A stretch of DNA of 62,989 nt, counting the filler, from Hyphochytrium catenoides (lineage: Eukaryota; Protista; Hyphochytriomycota), in the NCBI GenBank assembly GCA_900088475.1. It is 10 parts of 10 records of this genome, joined end to end, with 100 filler letters (N's around TTAATTAATTAA, not from the genome) between each part and the next. Parts side by side here need not be neighbours in the genome. Positions count along the whole stretch, not along the records: positions 31,959 to 53,923 come from FLMG01004572.1; positions 54,024 to 56,716 come from FLMG01001547.1; positions 56,817 to 60,353 come from FLMG01001469.1; 7 more parts are not named here. One strand, written 5' to 3'. Within the stretch, counting starts at the first letter, position 1, and each line of letters starts with the position of its first letter. The position numbers and the translations under genes were made by a program. The notes beneath the pieces were generated by a model, which was not told where the DNA came from, searched no databases, and saw only the letters and a list, made by a program, of their open reading frames with translations. Of the stretch, positions 49,401 to 59,452 are shown in pieces.

Positions 49401-50281
49401 AGAAGAACCAGGCGCTCTTGCAGGAGCTCTACAGCGCCTCTGCGCTTTGTAAAGCCGTAGCGGCAACCAAGGACCCCACGCTTCAGGCTCCCTTTCGATC
49501 CCTCTTCACTGAGCGAATTGAACAATTGATGCGTTATCCAAAGCCTCAGTTCTCTTGGCAGCAGCCTCAGGCGTCTCTCCCCGCGCATCCCGCAGTGGAA
49601 GAGTTCCTCAGAGGACCATCAGAGAGCTTTACCTATGGAATACCTGCTGGCCTGCCTAGTGCTCGGCAATTCGCTGCGCAGTACTTTGGCTATCATGGAG
49701 ACATGCGCCGCGGCTACAGCGCCACGGCGACGGAAGGCGGCAGAGGGAAAAACGCGTTTGTCACGATCAGAAAGACGAGAGCATTCTTTGAGGCAGAAAT
49801 GCAGAAATGGGAGAGCCAGCAGTCGGAGCTGAAGAAGCTTCTGAACAAGCGAAGGACGCTAGGACCTCTAACCAAGGAGGAGAAACTGAGAGAGGCAGCA
49901 TTATCCGGTGACCTCATGGCTGAGAAGCAACCTCTCCCTAGCTCTTCTGCTTCTCTCTCTCTCCCTCACCAGGCCAGCGATAGAGGGAAGTCAGTGGCCG
50001 CTCCTGCCATAGAAAAGAAGGCCAAGAAGTCAGCCTCCTCCCTCTCCCAGATAAAGAAGCGGACTGATATGCCGTCTGCTCTCTCTTTGAATCCTGCCTC
50101 AAAGAGCACTCCCATGATCCAGCCAGGAATCCTTCAGGGGCGTTCGGACAGCGGAGCGGCGAAGAAAGCTACTCTCTCCGGGCCTTCCTCTTCTTCTATT
50201 GCTACTTTCTCTTCTCAAAGGAAGCGGAAAAGAGAGGCAGCGAAGGGCTCACGTGAGGTTGTGGATCTGACGCTGGATTGA
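46469..50281 (+). CDS. Large intronless 2OG-Fe(II) oxygenase-domain protein (about 1270 aa from the first ATG)
   Basis: APYGHG...VDTKVRKAWQLD, LYKLLLYEPGGHFRAHRDTEKEKGMFGTLVLQLP (HxD), GGALVVKH, FFADCEHELQKVTSGYRLSLVFNL (distal H and R), later EGYTGNEGPTLEFWYHTAVLVIWP. Acidic/coiled insert and a helical C-terminal half. The frame is open from 46301. Confidence 0.9.
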   Translation: MGGGGELSNDFCVRLLKAVWSASDSLVDIDEEQGGSRTFATGGIIGSELLDEKQTSGSSASATLPLESLIIDGIGELRLPLSAEGAEKLRTACEQAPYGHGMATMVDTKVRKAWQLDASKVKFKTVEPPIKAKDKSETSFLSSNVQQIAKAAVRKMGLDSAALQVEARLYKLLLYEPGGHFRAHRDTEKEKGMFGTLVLQLPTATGYQGGALVVKHRAASKTFDFASSSRQDFCFTAFFADCEHELQKVTSGYRLSLVFNLVRQNRAVTMDLETLQGFSEAVASTEAALKPWFRAIQAEDGQIVPEQRERTPSTSTQEPENEEAVDEKEEEMNFPDKLAIPLQHKYTEANLSFAGLKGEDRFVAEVLKSCKDAHGQPWLDVQLCMLTKHLVGMPEDYDMYDEYDAWGRRYDESDEDEEEDSEEDGEEEDNEEQDNEEQEEDYEDDDEEDMDVKRAEREEEQEKKREEAMKRREEDRRQREKEERRKEEERKRKEEEERKKQDAMTGSSGYRMAEVHNEDVEATDWIGADDKPLSFYPNVDIETEVIYNREESEEPFDVSAGPDDDEVEGYTGNEGPTLEFWYHTAVLVIWPKSRAIAVACDADFSAALCLLERKIAESKLADEGREALEKVVSYLEREERRRALGVSESRGRRFTMDWMQRRDEGRNKVSIGAVTLLGFSMLLHSFPEALRLLKLMGCMAKRPLDLPTGHSYHSREQTNFVLRKREAESITSLVHTFGWKVCSQAVLELLTPERVSLEGSCYGHLALQLQGKLEEEAAESVGMKTLNLLFSSDEVSFSSLSNDAICSLSQMILSLSACLQEYGESLRRKLKLLTATKLATLLLHLQGARYPRIEMNEGASVSSAPALTAAVAERNGEPQPQRARSRKVITVKEDPLILEVFLTISRLLISKILQPPQPQQTTVQSNFSPYDDFYARPSTAQREAPLPMIQLFEVFLWLGDAELFDALCQAVLQRCRQQKNQALLQELYSASALCKAVAATKDPTLQAPFRSLFTERIEQLMRYPKPQFSWQQPQASLPAHPAVEEFLRGPSESFTYGIPAGLPSARQFAAQYFGYHGDMRRGYSATATEGGRGKNAFVTIRKTRAFFEAEMQKWESQQSELKKLLNKRRTLGPLTKEEKLREAALSGDLMAEKQPLPSSSASLSLPHQASDRGKSVAAPAIEKKAKKSASSLSQIKKRTDMPSALSLNPASKSTPMIQPGILQGRSDSGAAKKATLSGPSSSSIATFSSQRKRKREAAKGSREVVDLTLD

Positions 50282-50488
50282 GTAATGAGACCGGAGAACG
50301 TTGGTAGATGTTGCTGGGTACATCCTCGTACCATCTCTCGCTCTGTCTTTCGCCTTCTCTCTTCATTTCTCTCTCTCTCTCTCCATTCTCCTCTCTTTCC
50401 TCTCTCCCTCTCTCTTGCTCCTCTCCCCCTCCCCCCTCCCACACCACCAAGCCAACCATGTGGTACCTCTATATCTACAAAGGATGAC

Positions 50489-50532
50489 AGAAGCAAACGG
50501 AAGAGAGAAGCAAACGGAAGAGAGAAGCAAAC
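50489..50532. repeat. 17-bp minisatellite, about 2.6 copies
   Basis: AGAAGCAAACGGAAGAG repeated head to tail. Confidence 0.85.
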
Positions 50533-52082
50533 ATGAGATAGGGAAACACCGTCACCAAAAGAGAGAGAGAGAGAGAGAGAGAGACTTGCACGGTGGCACC
50601 TCATCAAAGAAACAAAACCCTCATCGAAGAGGCAGGCGGAGGGAACGCAGTCTTGTCTCCTCCTTTTTCTTACGTGCCTCTTCCTTCTTTTCTCTCTGCT
50701 CGGTGTTTCTCTCTTCTTTGGCTCTTCCCCCTATCATCTCTTCTCCTCTTTGGTTTCCGTGCTGTCTAATGCAGATAAATGGGTCTTTCTCCCGTGTTGA
50801 TGTCTGGCTTCTTTTTGTCCCAGTTGCATAGATGGCCGTGCAGCGGTAGAAGGAGAGAGAGTGGAGTCACTTGCGCCATGAAGAATTATTGAGAAGAGAA
50901 GGAAGAGAAACTAGGTCCTGATCCCAGGAGAAGAGAGAAGGAAAAGAGTCAGAGATGGAAGAACAGGAGAGAGAGTAGGAGGCATAATAGTTCAGGTGAT
51001 GGGAGCACGGAAGGAGAGAAAGGCATCCGGGCCAAGTCGAGAATGCTGGGATGGCTCTCCTTCTCTCCGCTCAACTCCTTTGCCTTCCCGTTTTGTCCGG
51101 TCCCCTGCCTACTAGAGTTATTCTCATTGTCTCCAATCTGTCTTTCTCTCTCTCTCTCGTCTCCGTCTCTTTCTTTCTTCAATGTCCGTCCCTCTTGTTT
51201 TCTGGCCCTCTCTTTCTCTCCCAGTCTCTTTCTGTCATCCCTTTCCCTCCGTATCTCTGCTCTTCCTACCTCTCGTCTCTTCTCTCTTCCCATTTCGTCT
51301 ATTCCCCCTCTCCCTCCGCCCTTCTCTCTCTNNNNNNNNNNNNNNNNNNNNNNNNNNNNNNNNNNNNNNNNNNNNTCTCTCTCTCTCTCTCTCTCTCTCT
51401 CTTGCGCTCCCCTCGCTCGTGCTAATAACGTCTTCCCGACCACCCCTAACCTCCCGTCCAGCTGAGAATTGTGATGGCCACGCAGAAAGAGAGAAACGTA
51501 GAAGATTGTGAGAAGAGAGGCAAGATAGTAGTGAGAGAGGGGCACAGTCAAGCAGAAAAGGATAGGATGAGGCTTCTCTATCTTTGCGTATGGGTCCTCT
51601 TCCCCCTTCTCTCTCTCTCTCTCTCTCCTGCACCTCTACTTCTCCGCGGTTACTGGCAGAGACATCTCCAGACTCCTGGACTATTATTGCTCCTGGTGAC
51701 TTCTCTTCTCACTCTCTCGGAAGCACTGAGAAGAGAGCTAGTCTTTCCCTGTCCCTTCCTCACTCTCAATCACCTTCCTCTCCTCTTTCTATTGCCCAGT
51801 CTTGTTCTTTCTGTCTCTCTCTTCTTCTATGGTCCTCCTGCTCCCTCATCCTGCTGCTGTTCAATCTTATGGCTCTTGCGTCCTGATCCTCAACAGGACT
51901 CGGCTTTCCTCTCAGAAGATAACCGTGACGACGGCATACACCAGTCACTGAAGAGAAAGCAAAGGAAAGAAGACAGGACGATGCTCCGTATTTTTCTCTA
52001 GCATGGGCGTTAGCCTCATTAAGAAAGCTTGCTGCCCCTTCTTCTTCTTTGTCCTTCTCACCTTACCGCGTTACGTTTCTTA

Positions 52083-52119
<37 letters not shown>

Positions 52120-52161
52120 CTCTGTCGCGCACCTTGTCTCCCTCTCTTTGTCTCTCTCTCA

Positions 52162-53474
52162 TTACTTGGCCCCAGTCGGCGCCACCTTGACCGCGCTCAT
52201 GCGCACGGAGTCCATAGAGCCAGTCCTCTCCAACACGTGCTGCTTGCGGACAAAGCGATTATAAGGATCTAGCATCAGGGCGTAAGCTTCCTCTTCTGCG
52301 CGATCAAAGAGAGAAAGATCTACGTTCCCCTGTGTCTCCTTGGCTTTCCTAAGAATCTCTTTCCTCATTGACTGAGAGATGTTAAGCTCAAAAGGCCCGC
52401 TTTCCACGATGAAGTCTTCAAGAAGAACTGCAGCCTTCTCTTGCGCTTTCTGCGCGTTAGTCTCTCCTCTGGCTTCCGTCAGCGCTTGGATGAAAAGAAC
52501 GTTCTCTACGCAGAACTCCTTGACCTAGAGAAGAGGAGAAAGAGCCACGCGTGAGAGAGAGACAGAGACAAAAGAAGAGAGAGAGTCAAAGATGATGGAG
52601 AAACCCCAGAGCCAGGACCGGTGTAGAAGAAAAGAGTAGAGATAGGGCAAGAAGAGAGGAGCTTCTCTTATGAGCCAAGCAAGATGGCAACTGGGCGAGT
52701 CCAGTGCGGGCACAAAGAAGAAGAAAAGGAGGAGGAGCAAAGGAAAGAGAACTGAATACTAAAGAAAGCCTTAAGAGCTTCCTGCCCACGCCGCTCTCTC
52801 TTCTCTCTCTCTCTCTCTCTCTCCCTGTCTTTTTTTCTCTCTCTCTCTCTCTCTCTCACTATGTCTCTGTATGTCTGTCTGTCTCTCTCTCTCTCTTCTA
52901 CTCTCTATCTTGGATCCGGCTGACGCACCAGATAGGCTTTAAAGGCCATTAGGACGTCGTGTCTCTTCAAAGCAACGCGGAGCTCCGTCGTACTCGAGAC
53001 GATTACTGCAGAAGGACCTCCTTTTCTTCCCTCCCTCTCTCCCTTATGGTCTCCCTCTGCTCCTCCCAGAGCAGGAGACATTCCTCTCTCTTGCTTGTTC
53101 CCTCCTTTGCCGCCGTTCAGTCTTTCCTTCTCTCGCTTCTCCTCTGCCTCTGCCTCATAAGAGAGACGAAGCGGTCCTACACTTGCGAACCAGACGTAAG
53201 AGAAAGACGCCGCGACATAGGCGAACTGCCCTGTGGCGTAGGCGTTAAGCCTGACGGTGCTGTTGAGGCCGTCAGCGTTGGTTGCCAGCGCGTTCAAAGG
53301 CGTTCCCATAGCAAAAAAGTAGAGAATCCTCATCCAGTTTTCCTTCAGATTGAAAGCATCGTCGATGTTCCGCATCAGCCAGGAGAAGAAGACGTTGCCC
53401 AAGAGGAGAAGATACCAGAAGGCGCTGGAGAGGACCCGCTGAAGGAGGGTGTGTGAGGAGCAAAGAGTCGGCGA

Positions 53475-53513
<39 letters not shown>

Positions 53514-53704
53514 GAGAGAGAGCAACGAAGCGAGGGAACCATCACCAAAGGAGGGAGGGAGGAGGGAAAGATTGAGAGATGGATGAGTTCCTTAGGTTGG
53601 CCAGTGCGTGGAGCCCCAAATTTCAACACCTACCTACTTCGAAGAAGGGTCTCTCTCTCTCTTTCTTTGTCTCTCTGTCTCTCTCCCTCTCTCTCTCCCT
53701 CTCT

Positions 53705-53736
<32 letters not shown>

Positions 53737-53923
53737 TCTCTCTCTCTCCTCTCTCTCTCTCACTCTCCCCCTCCCTCTGTATTCCTTCTGTGGTGGGTTC
53801 TGGTCTTCCTGCAACAAAACGCGACTACTCGTCCTCTCACTCTGTGTTGTCTCTCTTACACTCACTCCTTCTTTCTCCTTGTTAACTCTTTCCCTTACCT
53901 CTGCCGTGGAAGAGTAGATCAAG
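52162..53923 (-). CDS. Membrane-anchored regulator of G-protein signalling (C-terminal part of a probable 7TM-RGS); 5' truncated
   Basis: Exons 53923-53899, 53438-52929, 52524-52162. TM-like segments around MRNIDDAFNLKEN, then the RGS box FKAYL|VKEFCVENVLFI...FIVESGPFELNISQSMRKEI...LFDRAEEEAYALM..DPYNRF. Confidence 0.88.
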
Positions 53924-54023
53924 NNNNNNNNNNNNNNNNNNNNNNNNNNNNNNNNNNNNNNNNNNNNTTAATTAATTAANNNNNNNNNNNNNNNNNNNNN
54001 NNNNNNNNNNNNNNNNNNNNNNN
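53924..54023. other. Artificial contig-joining spacer
   Basis: N44-TTAATTAATTAA-N44. Confidence 0.97.
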
Positions 54024-54132
54024 GGCTATCACGGCTGCTTTCTTCCGTCATCATAGCTGCTATTAGTTTCTGTCTACTGGGCACTGCAACTATCGTCATC
54101 ATGGGCCGTGGAAGGCAATGATGGACCAGCAG

Positions 54133-54348
54133 TCAGGAGAACGAAGTCCTTTGCGAATCGTGGATTCTTAATATTTTCTCCGTCCTGAACTTTCCATCTG
54201 GGTATCGTGGTGGGCCATCTTCATCCCCAAAGTAATCTCTGACAAGACGGTCATGTGCTGCTTCACGTTCTTCTTGATTAATATTCGGCGCCTTGCCAGG
54301 GCGGCACCCGCCGTGTTGCCTTTGACGCAACAGCTCACCCATCACCAC
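54133..54348 (-). mobile_element. PIF/Harbinger transposase N-terminal fragment (decayed)
   Basis: HGGCRPGKAPNINQEEREAAHDRLVRDYFG...PRYPDGKFR matches the plant/stramenopile Harbinger motif GS.PG...I.R.R...H.RL..DYF...P.Y....FRRRFRM. It is truncated after KFR and no DDE core is seen. Confidence 0.7.
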
Positions 54349-55337
54349 GATGATAAATCCACCACCAGCAGGAGCAGCGATGGATGATGTTGGAGCAGTA
54401 GGACTCTCACACTCATCAATGTGGGAGTAGAAAGCATGTCAACGAACATGACTATAGCAGATTGGTTGGCAGCTACAATGGTTCGGCATATCACNNNNNN
54501 NNNNNNNNNNNNNNNNNNNNNNNNNNNNNNNNNNNNNNNNNNNNNNNNNNNNNNNCTTGCAAGACATTCGCCTAATCTGAGGAACTCGCTCTATTTGATG
54601 AACAGTCTCTACTATTGTTCCAACAGATGATGGCCGACTGAACCACCATCAAGCACGCAGCGTTACTTTCGTCTATGGTGAAAGACTGCTGCTGTCACCC
54701 TGACACTGGGGTTACATTTTTCTTCAGTCCTAGCGTCAGCAGCAGAAGAAGCTGCTCTTCTTCTTCCTCCTCCGCTTCCCTCATTAATAACCGGCCTGCA
54801 ACAACGACACGTCGGAGACTCCTATTTCACATTTCACATTAAAGTCATCGCCGCTGCTCTCAGCAGCACCATCATTCACTGCTGTTGTTGACGACAGAAA
54901 CGACCGCAAAACAGTAGTCAATGATGGTAGTAGTAGCTACTTATTTACGCTGCTGGTGCTCACACGATAATAATACTACTTCCGCGACCGACGACCTGGG
55001 CGGCTGCCAACAGCAGAAAAAGAGACCCCTGCAGAAGAAAAAAAACTTCGTCACTCGGTGTCAACAAGTCATGAAACAAGCAAGTAGCAGCAGAGGGCAC
55101 CAGCGAGCAGCATCCGGGGAGGAGCAGCAGCAGGCAGCAGCAGCTGCTGCGGATTCTTTTTAATATTTCCAGCGATAAGCTGCACCGAACAGCGCCGCTA
55201 CAGCTGTATGTACTGTACACAATCTGCAGATGTGAAGACGTGCTACTCGTAGTACCGAAATTAGTCCATGAACTGATCTTTGGCCCAAACTAACTTGATG
55301 CCCTTGGCCTTCAGGTCAAGGGTCTGAAACGCGAAAT

Positions 55338-55369
55338 TGTGTGTGTGTGTGTGTGTGTGTATGTGTGTG
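55338..55369. repeat. (TG)n microsatellite
   Basis: Read directly, one interruption. Confidence 0.95.
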
Positions 55370-55657
55370 CACGGTAGCTGAGCAAATTCTAAGTTCGCTT
55401 TCCTGCCGTGCGCCGTTATACCTTCCGGGAGCGTTATCTTAGGGGGTTGTCTGGCCGGCCCACATTTTCAGAACATCAGTGCGCTTCCTGGTCGAAGTCA
55501 TTCACTCACCAGTATTCCCGGCCAGAACCACACCACCAGACACTCAAGCCAAGGACCGACACCATCGAAGCTTCCTCACTTCACAACTTTCATACCACCA
55601 CAAACAACGCAGAAAGCACCAACCATACCACAGACCTTCAAACACGGCACGATAATA

Positions 55658-56716
55658 ATGGCAAAGACACCATTAAAGACCGCCACAGTGGAACGTCAAA
55701 ACAGAGGAAGACCAAGAACCCATCCACCCCAACGTCCCAGCAACGAAGAAATACCACAACTCCAACAGCGCCAGTCAGATGAGGGCGACGAGGAGCAACT
55801 GCCCAATCTTGTTCCCCCTCAGCCAACAGCACCGGTTACAGAAGCAGCAGAAGACTCACGCCAACAGCCAGAATCATCCCAGGAGATTACCCCCACCCTC
55901 ATCCCTTTTTCAGAACCAACTACGCCAACACGGAAGACTATCTTCTCAACCGCCGGCCCTCACATTCCGGCGGCAGCCTCCCTCCATTCCCGCCGAACAA
56001 TCGCAACAGCCAATACTTTGCGGCGGCAGGCCAAACACCAGCATTCATCACTGGCATCGTCTCAACTCTTGAGAATTTCCACACCGTAGACGAGCCGTCC
56101 CCGGAAATCAGAGCTGTCATAGTTATTACTGATACCCTTTCTAGACAAACAAAAACGGACCATCTCTCACAGCGATTTCCAACCCTACATATCCTACCTT
56201 CGAGAAGCTATACAGACGCACCCCTCTTTTCATGACTGGCAAAATGCCGCGGCCACCACACGCGGAACTTTTTTCAACCTTCCTGTCACACTAGAAGGAA
56301 CCCTACATCACCTCAAGTTTGTCCGCAAACTCTACAAAGTAAGTAACCACCCCACACCTCACTATGTAACAAGGATCACTCCTATTTTATTAACAACCCC
56401 ACCATTACTGCTGCAGAGAGTACCACCCAACACTCAAGAACTACAACTGAGCCCACATGTGATAATAAACACAGAAGGAGAAGAAGTTCCATGGGATACT
56501 CAATCCCTAAGAGCAGCTCTCGAACCAGGTGATCTTGTTGAAATCTGGTTTGACATCTCAGCTTATTGTATGACTCGGACTACAAGCTCCACCCACCGGA
56601 CGAACAGCGGCTTCCAACTCAACTTTGACTCGATACGGGTAATCAAAAAGCAAGCAGCGGCACCTGTACTTGATACCTTCAGCGGCGTGACCTCTCCCCA
56701 AACCAAACCCCGCCCT
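55658..56716 (+). pseudogene. Frameshifted, spliced gene with an OB-fold/ssDNA-binding-like C-terminal domain
   Basis: Coding-like sequence switches frame near 55905 and 56225. A phase-0 GT-AG intron at 56339-56416 joins HLKFVRKLYK to RVPPNTQELQLSPHVIINTEGEEVPW...LEPGDLVEIWFDISAY...SGFQLNFDSIRVIKK. Confidence 0.5.
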
Positions 56717-56816
56717 NNNNNNNNNNNNNNNNNNNNNNNNNNNNNNNNNNNNNNNNNNNNTTAATTAATTAANNNNNNNNNNNNNNNNNNNNNNNNNNNN
56801 NNNNNNNNNNNNNNNN
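56717..56816. other. Artificial contig-joining spacer
   Basis: N44-TTAATTAATTAA-N44. Confidence 0.97.
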
Positions 56817-56920
56817 CTCTCCCCCCTTCTACCACCCTAGAATAAGTTAAGCTACCACGACTACTAACTAATGACGTTCCTTGATTCCTTACGATCGCAG
56901 CACGTTGCACTTAACCTCGT

Positions 56921-59452
56921 TCAGGCTTCAACCTTCGGGCTAAACTTCGTGGTAACGCTTGCCGGAACCACACAATTCTCATAGAGAGAAGCAGTCGTTT
57001 CTCTGCGCCGACTAAGAGATAAGATGCATACCTTAGTCCAAGAGTAGACGGGAAGCATTCGATGAAAGGTGACAGGAGGACTGGAGTGATCCGAGAGAGA
57101 GAGAAGACGGCAACGAGATAATAGAATAGGCATCACTTACATCAGCTCTACCTTCCCTTCTGATGTTAGTAGCAGTTCTGGTGCGCGTAGCTTTCCATTA
57201 TACTGAAAGCCCATTGAATGGCTGTGTGCTCCAGTGTCATGGATGACGAAAAGATCTCCAACATGAGCCTGAGCGCGAGGCAACAGCTTGTCAGACAGAA
57301 TACACTCACAGAAGGAGCAAGGATGCCAAGAATATATCTAAACGAAGCGCCCATGTGAGGGGGTTCAAGATGGACGATGGCACAACTGCTAGACCGATGA
57401 GCGGCTAAAGAGCCGCGAAAAAGGTATAGTAAAGTGAGAAAGAAACCTATGTAAACCCCTTAACGTGGACTGTCAAATGAGAATGCAATTCTTGAGCGTA
57501 TTCCAGCACTTCGCAACATATAGAGTCAAAGGTGTTTGACAGGATTGGGGCTTTACCTTAGGTAGGTCTCTGTCGCGAGCGAACCTGCATGGGCCACACA
57601 CGTTAGTTTGTCGACGCAATGGAAGTCAAGGCGACAGAGCCATCAGCGTAAACAGACAATTGACAAATCTGACGGGAAAGGGAAAATGCGCAGAGAGGGA
57701 ACAATACGAGTCAGCAACGAGTCACCATTTAAGTGGACTCACCAGTCATTATTTTCGCAAAGAGTGCCCACCACATTGGCCTGATGCCTCTTTCCTCCTT
57801 CTCTCTTCGGAACCGTGATATAGTGGTACGAGCCATACATTCCTGGTCTCATGAGGTTGGACTGACCAATAAAAGGAGGAAAAGACAGCGAAGAGACTAT
57901 TTTTTTACCTTTGACTTGGCAAGAACACTTATAATAGCAAAAGCTTACCATACAGGCGTCCAGTCCGTAGTACGTGGCCCAAGACTCTTTGATGCACTGG
58001 CACCGGGCTACAAGCCAGCCGAACGGGCCTGTCATATAGCGGCCATTCTCCATGTATAGCCGTGGAACCTCCTATACAGCATAATTTAAAAAGGCCTACA
58101 GATCTGACTGCTACTCTACAATGACAGAGAACAACCCTTTGTTGCCGTGTCTTACCATGTTTAGAGACTTGATTTTCTTGTCGAACGTACCCCGAAGCAT
58201 TGTCGACAGACGGTCCAAGTCTATTTCATCCTGCACTCAATCCAAAAGGTCAGAGACAGTGGAGGAGGGAGGCCGAGGCCACAGCCTACATAAGGAAGGT
58301 ACCTGATCGGGCTTGTACGGGATGCCAAGGCCTCCGCCGATGTTCATGAACTCGAATTCGATGCCAAGCTGTAAACTCAATAGTTAGATCTACAAAGGAT
58401 GAAGGATAAGCAGTTCTCCGTTAACAGGGTCTTACCTCCTTCTTGACATTGGCTATGGTTTCCAGCAGCACCGCAACTGTCTCTTGCCAGTACTGTTCCC
58501 AGAAGAAAGGCGATATCGTACATGTCAGTGAGCTCTTCCAGTAGACCTCAGCAACTTAAGCAAAAGTGATGAGGACGTACATCGTCGTTAAGCACACAAG
58601 AGCCAGTCATCATATGGATGCCGAACCGTGTGGCACCAGCTGCTTTGGCCCTACGATACCCTTCAACTATCTGCACATACGTCAAGTTTGACGATTATTG
58701 GATGACGGGAAAGGGTCTACGTACAATAGGTACCGCACCTGATGAGGAGGCACCCCAAACTTGGCGTCAGGTCCGCCAAGAACATTCGACTTCGTCTCAG
58801 AGTCTGTTCTTCCCAGTCCCTTTGAATAAACAGACAGCGAAAATGAGCGACGCTAGTGGGCAGCAGATGCAAGTACATAAAGACTCACGGGATTGAGCCT
58901 GAAGGAGATCAGTTCTGAGCACCGACCCCTGACTTCCAACAGGCTGTCGACGAGGGAGATGTCTGTTATAAAGATAGGTAAGAGACCTTCGAAGAGAACA
59001 CAGGGCTAGCACCTAAAATGGGCTTACCATCAAGGTTGATTACGACGCCTTGATCGAACGCCTTGGCGAGATCATCCTTGGAAGTATAGTTGGATGTGTA
59101 CATCACTAGCTCTGGAGCAACGCCAAGCTTTTCTGCAATGTAAAGCTCAGATGTTGACGAACAGTCCAAGCCACAGCCCTCATCCAGTAGAATCTGAGGA
59201 GCACCGCATCACGTTAAGTCTCTTTCCCCATTTCAGTGACACCGCTCTTCTACAAACCTGAAGGATGATTGGGTTGGGCAGTGCTTTGACCGCATAGTAT
59301 TGGCGGAAGCCAGGGAATTTGGCTCCGAAAGTGGAGAGGAGATGACGAGCATTGGCGCGAATGCCTTCCTCATCGTAGAGCTGATAGGGTGTACCATATT
59401 CCCGTGCTACTTGCTCAAGCGCATCAGGGGACAGAGGAACGGGCTTTGGCAT
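56921..59452 (-). CDS. lysA: Diaminopimelate decarboxylase; about 14 short exons
   Basis: YGTPYQLYDE, YYAVKALPNP (PLP lysine), LDCSSTSEL, FRLNP, AKFGVP, GIHMMTGS, NIGGGLGIPY, MENGRYMTG, LMRPGMYGSYH, VVGTLCENNDW|FARDRDLP, GDLFVIHDTGAH..SMGFQYNGKLRAPE. Confidence 0.96.

Noticed and set aside
50489-50532. CRISPR-like repeat
   Set aside because: Contiguous 17-bp tandem copies with no unique spacers and no cas genes. The 35-bp repeat at 13211 has only two low-complexity copies.
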